The notes under the pieces were generated by a model, which saw nothing but the letters and a program-made list of their open reading frames with translations, did not search any database and was not told where the DNA came from. Positions 52,529-64,000 of a stretch of 64,000 nucleotides of DNA are shown piece after piece; position 1 is the stretch's first letter, and each line of letters starts with the position of its first letter. A program made the position numbers and the translations under genes. This stretch comes from Octopus sinensis (Eukaryota): contig NC_043008.1 in the NCBI RefSeq assembly GCF_006345805.1, forward strand, positions 9,982,001 to 10,046,000, in the 5' to 3' direction.

Positions 52529-52769
52529 GTTTGAATTAGGTAAATGTTTTTAAATTTTCACCTAATTTCTGAATTACTACTACTTCGTGGCGTGTGAGTT
52601 ATGGCGCTCTTCTGGTGGACGAATGGCCTGTTAAGGGTCACTCCTAAATTGTTATATGTATATATATATATATATATAAATTCATACAACCAACATGTGT
52701 TTTTTCCTGATTCTCTTTTTCGTCTCTTTCTATTCCTTCTTTTCCAAAACTTTCCTGGACTTTCCTCGA

Positions 52770-52804
52770 GCATCTGACAAAGGACTATGTCCGAAACGTT
52801 ATGT
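52770..52804 (+). ncRNA. Minimal hammerhead motif, variant core CUGACAA
   Basis: GCAT-CTGACAA-A-GGAC tat GTCC-GAAACGTT-ATGT. Confidence 0.55.
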
Positions 52805-52904
52805 TTTCCCCCTATAACTTTTATTCTGACATTTTTCCTTCTTTCAGCGTCAACCTACTATTAACTGTGATCCTAAGAATTTTGCAGTTTTGTGTGTGTG
52901 TCTT

Positions 52905-53275
52905 TGTGTGTATATTTATCCCTCCTCCCACCTCACCATTGCTTGACAACCGATGTCGGTGTGTTTACGTCCCAGTAACTTAGCGGTTCGGCAAAAGACC
53001 CAATAGAATAAGTACTCGGCGTACAAAGTCCTGAGTTCGATTTCTTCGACTAAAAAACCTTTAAGGCGGTGCTCCAGCATGGGTGCAGCCAAATGACTAA
53101 AACAAGTAAAACAATTAAAGAATTAAAGAAAACCCAAGGATTAAATTAAAGCTTGGCGGTTCGGCAAAACAGAGCGATAAAATTAGTACCAGGCTTTAAA
53201 AAGGTTGATTTGTTTGACTAAACCTGTCAAGGCGATGCCCCAGCATGACCGTAGTCCAACGAATGACAACATGTA

Positions 53276-53285
<10 letters not shown>
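52905..53285 (+). mobile_element. SINE family B tails (two, second diverged)
   Basis: Tail motif at ~52930-53128 and ~53150-53280. Confidence 0.7.
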
Positions 53286-53319
<34 letters not shown>

Positions 53320-53585
53320 TAATAATAATAATAATAATGATGATGATGATGATGATGATGATGATAAAATAAGAAGGAGGAGGAGGAGGAAGAGGAGAAG
53401 AAGAAGAAGAAGAAGAAGAAGAAGAAGAAGAAGAAGAAAACTGCTTTGTGAACCCCGCATTTATGAATTACGTGTTTTTGTCACGGCCACAACGTAACAG
53501 CATCCATGCTCCAATCGGAACCTGCAGCATCTCGGCTGTTATTCTGCTATTTATTATAGTGGCTGGACTTTCTACACCCACTCAC

Positions 53586-53628
53586 CATAGAGATATTGCC
53601 TCTGCAGTGATATCAAAATAACTAATGT
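53586..53628 (-). CDS. Candidate 43-nt internal exon of an unknown gene
   Basis: Acceptor TTAACTCTTGCTGTAG and donor ATG|GTGAGT; open in two frames (e.g. ISYFDITAEAISL); no homology recognised. Confidence 0.2.
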
Positions 53629-55383
53629 CTACAGCAAGAGTTAATCATATCTCGGCATAATTTATTGATATGTTTAACCCGATAACAGACCATGATTCTT
53701 TCATTATTGTACTTCTTCCAATCATAGAAATTCCCTCTCTCACACACATATATATACGTACACACGTATATATACATATTATTGATATATATATCAATAT
53801 ATATATATATATATATATGTGTATGTATATATAGACTAATATAGGATATATGTATATTAATATCTATCTATATATATATATATTAACATACACATATATA
53901 TTATATATTGATATCTATATCATATATATTATATATATATGATTTGAATAATATATGTATATATATATATATGCGTATATCTATCATATCTACTATATCT
54001 ACTATATTGATATGATATATATATTGATATGATATTGATCTATATATCTATATATATATGTATCTATATATATCTATAAATATATATATGATATATATAT
54101 ATATATATAGATATATATATTATATATATCTACTATATATGTATGTATGTATGTATATATATGCATGTAAGTATGTGTGTACTGTGGCTGCTTCGAAGCG
54201 CGATGTGGCGTTCGTGCAACGCCAGACAAGTAATCAACACGAATAGACTTGTTTGGTGTCAGAGGAGCTTATTTATCACTGCGTCTGTCTCAAGAAAATG
54301 ATCATAATAATATTCGAATGGTAATAATAATGATGATGATATAACAATGTAAACGGGAACTCTCTATTCTTAAATGACTAATTGCATACGTGCATACATC
54401 GTACATAAATACATATATACATTATACATATACATATATAAATATAAGGATTTTTTGCGTAATGTGATAATAAAAAAACCAAGGCTGTGTAGATATTAGA
54501 ACATTTATAGATAGAAGGTTTTACAGCTGTTTCCAGGATATTTATTAATTATATCCCTTCATCGGAGACAGTGTGAGAGGATGGTTCAGTAATAGTTAAT
54601 TTAGATAGGATACAAAATAGAGAGTGAGGTGGAGGAAAGAAAATAGATGTGAGATATGTAGGGATATTGAATTTGTAGATCCATTTTTTTAGACAGAATG
54701 GGGAAAATGGAAGATTCCAATACCTTATGAGAAAAATCCAACAGTATATAAAATACATACATACATACATGATATATATATGCATATAAATATATATATA
54801 TAGTTTATAATATGTATGTATATGTGCATGAGTGTATGTATGAACGTATGTGCGTATATGCGTGTTCGTGTGTGTATAAGGAAATACACATATACCTACG
54901 TATATACACGTACACATACACAAGTGTTAGTATTTCGTTAATATAGAGTTTATCGTTGAATTGTTCCTCGGGGACTGAACATGAAAATTATTTCAAACTA
55001 TTTGGAAAGAGATAAAGATGAGAGAGAGGAAGGGGGAGAAAGTGAGAAAGCTATTATATATATATATATGTATTTATTGAGAGAGAGGGCGTTAATATAA
55101 CAGTAGAATTGAAGAAATAGTTTGAGTGTCGGACAGAATAATAAACTTTCAGTTAAGTTGTGAGGCTAACATATGAATGTAGTGAGCAAATGAAGCGTTA
55201 TGAATTAATATTATAGCCATAATGAGAAGGATAGTCATAAGCGTTAATGATTATTTTTGACCAGAAAGACAAGGGAGACAATTCTGATATTCAAATTGTT
55301 CGACCCTCTACATTCTACAAATATCAAACTCCTAAAAGACTTTGATATTTACCTTCCAACATTGTGTCAATTAAATAATTACT

Positions 55384-55608
55384 TATTTCTTTATTACCCA
55401 CAAGAGGCTAAACACAGACAGGACAAACAAGGACAGACAAACGGATTAAGTCGATTACATCGACCCCAGTGCATAACTGGTACTTAATTAATCGACCCCG
55501 AAAGGATGAAAGCAAAGTCGACCTCGGCAGAATTTGAACTCAGAACGTAACGGCAGACGAAATATAGCTACGCATTTCGCCCGGCGTGCTAACGTTTCTG
55601 CCAGCTCG
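55384..55608 (-). mobile_element. SINE family A
   Basis: TSD ATTAAATAATTACT at 55370-55383 and 55609-55622. Confidence 0.9.
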
Positions 55609-55808
55609 ATTAAATAATTACTAGTTTAGTAATTGGTTAGATTTAACTCAGTTTTTTTTAACAATTTTAGAAATAAATATTATTATTTCTAATGTTCAGA
55701 ATTCGCGGCATTTACAATGGAACCCGTATATTAACAATAGACCAGCGTTGACTCAATTTTAATCTCCTTAGTGTAGTGGCGCTGGATTGCTTCAAGTCCG
55801 CCACCAGC

Positions 55809-55865
55809 AGCCAAAACTTGATTCTAAAACCACATCAAATGTGGTTTTAGAGTCAAGTTTTGGCT
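55809..55865. other. Near-perfect 27-bp hairpin
   Basis: AGCCAAAACTTGATTCTAAAACCACAT-CAA-ATGTGGTTTTAGAGTCAAGTTTTGGCT, one G-U. Confidence 0.85.
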
Positions 55866-55903
55866 ACTATTTCCAGCGTGGAGGTATCTCTTAGATACCC
55901 TAA

Positions 55904-55946
<43 letters not shown>

Positions 55947-56149
55947 AATGTTGACATTATTTTACTCTCGAACTATTTAGTTACACCTTGGTAACCTTGT
56001 TATACGAGTATATATATCCAATATTCATCTGTCAACTTTTTATATTTGTACATAAATAGACTAAAAAAAAATATCACCTTCATTACTTTGTTAAGTTTTT
56101 TAATAATATTATTATTAATATACTATTCTCTTCACTACTACACTTCCAA

Positions 56150-56264
56150 GAACTGTATGTGTGCGTGTATGCGTGCGTTTGTGTGTGTATACATACATAT
56201 ACATATATATATATATAATATATACGCATGTATGTATGTGTGTTTATATATCTATACATATATG

Positions 56265-56295
<31 letters not shown>

Positions 56296-56738
56296 GTATG
56301 TCTGTATGTATGTAGATATGTATGACTGTATGTATGCATGTATGTATGCATGTATGTATGCATGTATGTATGTGTGTATGTATGTAAGCATGTATGTATG
56401 CTTTAATGTGTATATATCTGCATGTTTTGTTTGTGATGCATATCTATTTCAAATTCCTTCCGTCTTCTCTTTTTGGTGGTGTCATCGTCTTTCCTTGCCT
56501 TTCGTTAGTAACTCGTTATTCATTGTTCAATTTCATTTGATATCATATACATAGGTGTGGTCGGGGGAGGCCTGTGTACGCATGCGTATACATGTGCATA
56601 TAAGCTGACTTTTATACTTTACCCGCAAAAAGAGAGGGTGGCAAGTGACGTATTACTTTATGTCACGAAACTGTCAACATGCATCAGATAATTGATTCTC
56701 CATAAATAAATATGTAAATATATATGTATGTGTGTTGT

Positions 56739-56780
<42 letters not shown>

Positions 56781-57026
56781 ATACATACATATATATATAT
56801 TATATTATATATATATATATTATACATATATATACATACACATATACATATATATACATACATATATATATATTATATATATATATATATATACATATAT
56901 ATACATAACATATACATATATACATACATATATAATTATAATATATATATATATATGTATATACATACATATAATAATATATAATATATATGTATGTATG
57001 TATATATATGTATATGGGTATGTATA

Positions 57027-57063
<37 letters not shown>

Positions 57064-57120
57064 AATACATACAATATATATATATATTATATAATATACT
57101 ATATATATATATATATGTAT

Positions 57121-57153
<33 letters not shown>

Positions 57154-57306
57154 ATATATATATATAATATGTATGTATATATATGTATAGGGTATGTATA
57201 TATATGTATGTGTATGTATATATATATATATCTATATATATATAGATATATATATATGTTGTATGTATGTATGTATAGAATATATTATATATATATATAT
57301 ATATAG

Positions 57307-57337
<31 letters not shown>

Positions 57338-57340
57338 TAG
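56150..57340. repeat. (TATG)n and degenerate (TA)n tracts
   Basis: Direct reading. Confidence 0.9.
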
Positions 57341-57708
57341 CAGAAGTCCAGAGTAACTAACTCAAGAGTCCAAAAGTTTCGTGTGTTGACACTTACCAAA
57401 TTAGTGCCAATGCACTTGAGTCACTCTTTTACTTCTACTAAATATAAATAAAATTATACACATAGGCTGACATGCTTCATTCTGAAACCCACAGACGTAC
57501 AATCTCCTGTAGATACTTCCAAACTCTACTACAATGGCCCCCCTTTGCTCTTCTGAATTTTTCTAATCTTGAGCATCATTCACATAAAGACTCCTGATTC
57601 ACTTGTCGCTCCTCTTCCTCTTCCGCCTCCTGCACCCCTCATTATCCTCTTCCTAAGATCCAACCCAGACCACTACCTTCCGGAACGTAACGGGCCCTCT
57701 CTAATTAC

Positions 57709-57918
57709 CTCCCTTGCGCGTGTTTCTCCTGCGTCCGTCGAATGTTAATGTTTGAAAAGATTAATGTCGTTGGCGGAATCACACAGCAGGAAATTGAGGA
57801 CCAGCAAAGTTGATAACGAACAACATTTATACATCTACATTTATAACACAAACAATAAGAACAATAACTGCTAGGACTAAAAATACTAGCTCTACCACCA
57901 CCACTACCACCACCATTA
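57709..57918 (-). CDS. Candidate 210-nt symmetric exon, Cys-rich
   Basis: Acceptor TTATCGTTACAG, donor AG|GTAATT, open frame NGGGSGGGRASIFSPSSYCSYCLCYKCRC...IPPTTLIFSNINIRRTQEK; no homology recognised. Confidence 0.2.
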
Positions 57919-58584
57919 CTGTAACGATAAGGATTTCTTCGAAACAAGGACCAGACATTTAGAGGAAAGGTTATAATTGATTAAATGGAAATGAATATAT
58001 AATATTTGTTTGAATATAATTATATCGATTGTGGAATGATGGGAAATCTGAACGTAAAGGGGCGGAAGTCAAAAGGTTAAGGCAAACCATAATCCTTACT
58101 ACATCTGTGATGTTTTCTTATAATTCTTTTTACAATAATAATTTCTATCATAGGAACAAAGCTGCTCATATTCAAAAGTAGTAATTTTTGACTCCGACGG
58201 GATTTGAATTTAGAATTTAAGGAGACGTTATTAAATATCATAAGATATTAAATATCATAAGAGATATCATTCCAGTTGTAGAATGACAAAATGCTTCACA
58301 GTACGGACGCTTGAAGAAGGCATCTCAAAGATTTTTTTTTAAATGGAAAATCCTTCAAGCAACCAAAACTTGAAGGAAAGTACATTGTAAGAAACTCTGA
58401 GTTGCATAAAAAAGTAGAGAGTAAGCCTGATACAGCCATACAAGAGAGTATGGTCGTTCGATGAATATCTATGACCCCCGTGGGTACTCGGGTTTGATGA
58501 GCAACAACAACAACAACTGTAACAAACAACAAACAAAAACAGCAGCAACAAGCGCTTGTATCATTCATTTTCACAGGAAGAAGA

Positions 58585-58722
58585 GGAAGAAGTGGAGGAG
58601 GGAGGAGAGGAGGAGGAGGAGAAGAAGAAGAAGAAGAAGAAGAAGAAGAAAAGAAGAAGAGCAGGAGGAGGAGGAAAAGAAAGAAGAACAAGAGCTTAGA
58701 GGCCTGAAGAAAAGACGATATA

Positions 58723-58764
<42 letters not shown>

Positions 58765-58911
58765 AGAAGAAGAAGAAGAAGAAGGACAGATGATAATGAG
58801 AAAGAAGGGGTTAGTGTTGTTTTTAAGGAAAACCTTGTCATCCCGTCTTTTCTTACATTATTATCATTATCATTATTATTATTATCATCATTATTATTAT
58901 TATTATTATTA

Positions 58912-58943
<32 letters not shown>

Positions 58944-58950
58944 CATCATT
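58585..58950. repeat. (GAG/GAA)n, (TAG)n, (TAT/CAT)n repeats
   Basis: Direct reading. Confidence 0.9.
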
Positions 58951-60324
58951 ACAGTTGTTATTGCAGATCAAAATTGGTAACTTGTTAAGCTCTCAGGTAT
59001 AGACTCGCTGTCTATACTGAACGACGTGGGTTTGGTGGGGGAAATAGGATTCCAGCAAGAAAAGTACACCAAAGTAGAACTGATACTACCATGCAGAAAC
59101 TAAGGTCATTGAATTTATGTTAATCCGAGTTTCTCTGCTTCATTAGATATTCTGTGAAACGTAAAAATACTCACTGTAATCCTGAAGATCACTCATCTAA
59201 ACTAGATTAGATTTGCGGCTTTCAACTTGATTATCTCCCTTCCTTTCTACCTCTCTACATTTCTATCTTTCTCTCCTTCTTGCCGTCTTTCTATATAGAC
59301 TTCATTTTCTTTCTCTCTTCTTATCTTTATTCCTCCTTTCCTTTCTTTCTTCTTTCAAGTCTTTCTTTTTTTTTTCTTTTTGCCTGTCTTTCTTTTCTTT
59401 GAATTTTTCTTTCTTCTCCTTCTTCTTTCTTCATTTTTCTTCCTTTCTTCCTTGTCTTTTTTCTTTCTTCTTCTTTCGACAAACAAGCAAACAAACAAAA
59501 AGGAAAGCGTAAACGAACACATGTTGATGGGGGGGGACCGGATAAACAAGGGGTGAGTCAAGGACGAAAATACATCAAAAAGAAAGAAAAGCAAAAGAAA
59601 TATTAAAAAAAAAAAGAAGAAAAGCATAAATGATGACAAGAAAGAGAAAGATGGTAGAAAAAGACAGAAAGAATATACAGAAGAAGAGGGAAAGAAAACG
59701 AGAGAGAAAATAATAGAAGACGGATAGAGAGAGATGGAAAAGGAACTAGAGGAAGGTAAGGAGGGGCAGGAAGAGGCGGAGGAGGAGGATGACAACGACG
59801 ACGACGACGATGATAGAATGGAAGTTGGAAAATAAAAGCGATTACAAGGTTACAAGTTTAATTACAATTCTAAGACATCAAAAGAAGAACACCTGTGGTC
59901 GAAGAATTCAAACGGATCACATCTAAATTGCTTATTTGTTTCCTGTTCCTTTTTTTTTGTTTTTTGTTTTGCTATTTTTATCTTTTGTTTATTTATTTAT
60001 TTATTTATTTAGAACTTGTTTCCGTGGAACAAATAAAATTACAACGGATTATAAAAAGTCAAGCGAATAGAACACTCGTCAGTTATACAGTGCTCTCATC
60101 ACGTCAACGGCTGTAGATGCGGAGAGAGAATGAAGAGTTACTCTCAGCCCCCCGATAATTTGATTTCAACAAGATCAGGCATTTGAAACACAAACAATTC
60201 ACAAATTGAGAATACGCTAGTTTCTCGTAAGAAAGACGAAACTACGGAGCCCTTCACACACCAATGAAACTACTCCTTACTAATTCGATTTTAACAATAT
60301 TTACTGGGCCTTTAAAATGTGGAA

Positions 60325-60705
60325 GCACTCCGTCGGTCACGACGACGAGGGTTCCGGTTGATCTTATCAACGGAACAGCCTGCTCGTGAAATTAACGTGT
60401 AAGTGGCTGAGCACTCCACAGACACGTGTACCCTTAACGTAATTCTCGGGGATATTCAGCGTGACACAGAGAGTGACAAGGCCGGCCCCTTGAAATACAG
60501 GTACAACAGAAACAGGAAGTAAGAGTGAGAGAAAGTTGTGGTGAAAGAGTACAGCAGGGATCACCACCATCCCCTGCCGAAGCCTCGCGGAGCTTTAGGT
60601 GTTTTCGCTCAATAAACACTCACAACGCCCGGTCTGGTAATCGAAACCGCGATCCTACGACCGTGAGTCCGCTGCCCTAACCACTGGGCCATTGCGCCTC
60701 CACGC
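60325..60705 (-). mobile_element. SINE family C-like, near full length
   Basis: tRNA-like head GGAGGCGCAATGGCCCAGTGGTTAGG on - strand; body shared with 45706-45982. Confidence 0.8.
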
Positions 60706-60779
60706 CTTTAAAATACACTACGGTTCACAAGCTAAGAATAAGTTAATTCAACGGTGAGGAAGATATGATGTCTGGCAAA

Positions 60780-61352
60780 TCCTTCACCCTTTCAGTTTCC
60801 GTGTACCAAATCCCACTCACATGGCTCTGGTCGATCCGAGGCTATGATAGAAGACACTTGCCCAAGGTGCCACGCAGTGGGACTAAACCGGAAACCATGT
60901 GGTTCGTAAGCAAGCTACTTTCCACACAGCCACTCCTGCGCCTATAAGAATGCATATTCTTATTTTGAAGAACATCGAATTTTGCCGTTATGTACTTAAT
61001 GTGTAGGGAAGGCGCGTGGCTTACTGGTTGGAGAGTTCGGCTTGTGATTGTAAGGTCGTGAGTTCAATTCCCAGCGACGCGTTGTGTCCTTGAGCAAGAC
61101 ACCATAAAGACTACGACCGAACATCAAGTCTCCCCGCTTCTTCACAACATCTTTTTTACTTAGGTTCCTTGGATTCTGTCTTTAATTGCTTCATTTTTTT
61201 CGTTTTCCATGGCCGTGTTACGCAGATTCGTGAAGGGTTCCACATTTTTATAGACGCAGGCGTGACTGCGTGGTAAGAAATTTGCTTCCCTACCCCCATG
61301 GTTCCGAGTTCAGTCCCACTGCGTGCCATCTTCGGCAACTGTCTTCTACTCT
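60780..61352. mobile_element. SINE head fragments (B - 60780-60945; C + 61008-61100; B + 61252-61352)
   Basis: Head and CORE-like motifs. Confidence 0.7.
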
Positions 61353-61355
61353 AGA

Positions 61356-61411
<56 letters not shown>

Positions 61412-61898
61412 GGTGGTGGTGGTGGTGATAGTGATGATAATGATGATGATGGTGATGATGATTTTTCTCGGAGGGGTAGGTTTGGATTTTTGTTGTTTTG
61501 TTTTTTCTTTTTTATTGAGGGTTTTTCTTCCAATACATGGATTAAGATAAACCCGTGGAATTTTCTATTTAGATGCGTGACTTCATAACTCTTCACATCG
61601 TAGTTTTATCAATGTTAAATATTCCGATTATGTCTTCAATTTTTTCTCCCATAGTTAAGATTGTTTAAAGCGTTGAACTAGAACTTCATTATGTTAAAGA
61701 TTTCGATCATGTATTCGATTTAGTTTGATAGTTAAATATAACATTCAAATACAACATCCTGGCGAACAGAAAAACATTGCAGATATTTCTCTATTTCGAC
61801 TGCATTTTCTTTTGCATGTTTGTTTTATATTTATTTTCTAAATTTTTCTTGTAAAATAAATTTAACAAGTTTTAAACCATCTCCCCAGTTCAACGTAT

Positions 61899-62362
61899 GG
61901 ATCTTTTCGGTTTGAACGGCAGTTTTTTCTAGCGGTGTCATGAAATTGTCACCCATAATTATGGCCCTAGTATCGATCTATTGCATTTCAATCTGTTTTA
62001 GGGTTAGGGTTAGAGTTAGGGCTAGTTAGGGTTAGTTAGGGTTAGTTAGGGTTAGGGTTAGGGGTGGGGGAAGGGTATCTTTTTTTTCTTCACAAATGTA
62101 AATGAACCCAATCTGTTTCTTAAACGAGGGACATATTCATACGGCACATAATGTTTTCACCTCAATAGACGTCATTGATTGGTTGAAATTGCAGAAATTG
62201 AAGAAAAAAAAACAACAAATATCTTACAAGCTATAGAATTTTCTCAATAAAGCCAAGAGAAAAAGATATTTTATAAACATATTCTGCCAGTATACGAAGT
62301 TTAAAAGTGTTTAGTTACGTGGAAATAATTTTTTAAAAACTGCCGGTCAAACCAAAAGATCC
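61899..62362. mobile_element. Merlin-type MITE with 8-bp TSD
   Basis: TIRs GGATCTTTTCGGTTTGAACGGCAGTTTT / AAAACTGCCGGTCAAACCAAAAGATCC; TSD CAACGTAT at 61891-61898 and 62363-62370; internal TTAGGG array. Confidence 0.85.
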
Positions 62363-63164
62363 CAACGTATGGGCGTCGGAGTTCGTGGCTTCAATCTTAG
62401 TAGACTTGTACATCTCAGTAGGACATACAGCGGTCTAGCATTACTTCTGGTTTGATGTACAAGAAGGAAGGAATCTAACATCATAAACCAATGAAGCACT
62501 CATCAATTTTATAATGCTATTGCTGTTTGCATAATAAATTAGCATGCCGTATCTATTTGTGATTATTCCGTTCAAAGTAATTTATGTTGGCATGTACCCA
62601 GTACAGCAGCAAATTACAGCTTATAAATAAGACGAAACTCCGGTTGGTGCCGTATCAATTCAGCTATCCAACTCTCGTTAATATGAATTAGGTTCTTTAA
62701 ATCAATATGCTACACTTGTCTTAAAGTTTTCGACAACAAAATATAATTAAATTAGGTTCTCTTCATGTCTTTGTTTTTGCTTTTTGTTTTTACCGTAGAA
62801 TTAAAAGACACATTTAGTTAAGCAAAGAGAAAGTTTGTGTATGAGAACGAAAAATAACGTGATTCTCCAATGATATTTGAACTAGCGATCGCCTTCCAAA
62901 GGCTATTAAATGATATCACTGATATGTAATGTTTATACAGCAGGTCTATAGTTGACAGGGTTTAATTTTCATATTAACCGGATGTGATGTCATTACATTC
63001 GGTGTGACGTAAAGAAATGGTGGTTTCGTGATCTAATCCAGTTGAATTCAAATCAAATCACAAAAGAAAGATTCGGATTAAGCTTGGACTTGGAATCGAA
63101 ATCATCATTAAGACTCGATGATCTCTGATGCGCGAGTCGTTGCTCAACCCTTGTTGAGCAGACC

Positions 63165-63575
63165 TATATTCTTTTCTACTCTAGGTACAAGGCCCGGAAT
63201 TTTGAGGGAGGGGGCCCAGTCGATTAGTATGCAACTGGTACTTAATTTATCGACCCCGAAAGGATGAGAGGCAAAGTCGCACTGGGGTCGATCTAATCGA
63301 CTGACCCTCTCCCCCAAAATTTCGGGCCTTGTGTCTAAAGTAGAAAAGAATATATGTGTCTCGTAAGGCGGCGAGCTGGCAGAAGCGTTAGCACGCCGGG
63401 CGAAATGTTTAGTATTTCGTCCGTCTTTACGTTCTAAGTTCGAATGCGACCGAGGGGCGACTTTGCCTTTCATGATTAATAAAATAAATAAATAAATACC
63501 AGATGAGCACTGAGATCGATGTAATCGAATTGCCCCGTCCCACGAACTTGCTGGCCTTGTGCCAAAATTTGAAAC
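63165..63575. mobile_element. SINE family A fragments: inverted tail pair (63165-63352) plus + strand copy (63366-63575)
   Basis: Similarity to family A; local inverted repeat. Confidence 0.75.
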
Positions 63576-63879
63576 TAAAAATGTTTCGTTTGAAATTTTT
63601 TTCCATACTTAAAATACAAAAACTATGAATAGCAGGAATACAGAATATATTATTGTTTTACGGTTTGTTTCGTTTTGCTCTTCTTTATTAATTCCGATTT
63701 TACGTATATCTAACCACATTAAACTGAAATAATAAACAAATGAATTGAATAATGAATAGACAAATCATTTTCTAAATTCATCGATTTAAAACTTTTATCT
63801 ATTCTAAGAATCTTAATTCATAAATTTTAAAGCTTAATTTATTCATTTAGTAACAAACTCAATTTGTTAATTTTGTTGT

Positions 63880-64000
63880 GTCTGGAGAGAGTCATTTTCT
63901 TTTTGTGTCTTATAATGTAACACAGTCACCGGTAAAATTTCCTAAAATTTTCGTGAGTGTGTTACATTATCAGGCACAAAAACAAAATGACTTCCCAGAC
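63880..64000. repeat. Fold-back/MITE running off the window end
   Basis: 63880-63929 is the reverse complement of ~63952-64000. Confidence 0.75.

Larger units (their letters stand above)
51631..52655. mobile_element. Head-to-head inverted dimer of a ~467-nt non-coding hammerhead element (retrozyme-like / Penelope pLTR-derived)
   Basis: Left arm 51631-52153 (period 468) and right arm 52152-52655 (period 467) are reverse complements with different permutation; each has a terminal direct repeat; (TA)n on both outer flanks; no ORF. Confidence 0.8.

Noticed and set aside
58296-58560. GPCR TM2-like TTILSCMAVSGLL in the minus-strand ORF
   Set aside because: Lacks the conserved Asp, lies between microsatellite and SINE debris, and no contiguous 7TM frame exists.

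Overview
This is AT-rich, repeat-saturated eukaryotic DNA, most likely coleoid cephalopod (octopus-like). That assignment is inferred from the SINE families and the microsatellite load; no database search was run. I find no intact protein-coding gene: nearly all ORFs in the supplied track are translations of microsatellites or SINEs. The window holds about 45 tRNA-derived SINE copies in three families. It also holds decayed fragments of a Penelope GIY-YIG endonuclease, RTE and CRE/NeSL-like LINEs, and mariner and Merlin transposases, plus Merlin-type and Tigger-type MITEs, several fold-back elements, long simple repeats and one 100-N gap. The most notable signal is a population of short non-coding elements carrying type I hammerhead ribozyme motifs (at least 9 recognisable), usually sitting in (TA)n tracts. 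The best case is 51631-52655: two greater-than-unit-length, differently permuted copies of a ~467-nt hammerhead-bearing monomer joined head-to-head, as expected for a retrozyme-like (circular-RNA or Penelope-mobilised) element. SINE and microsatellite boundaries are approximate (about +/-10 nt).
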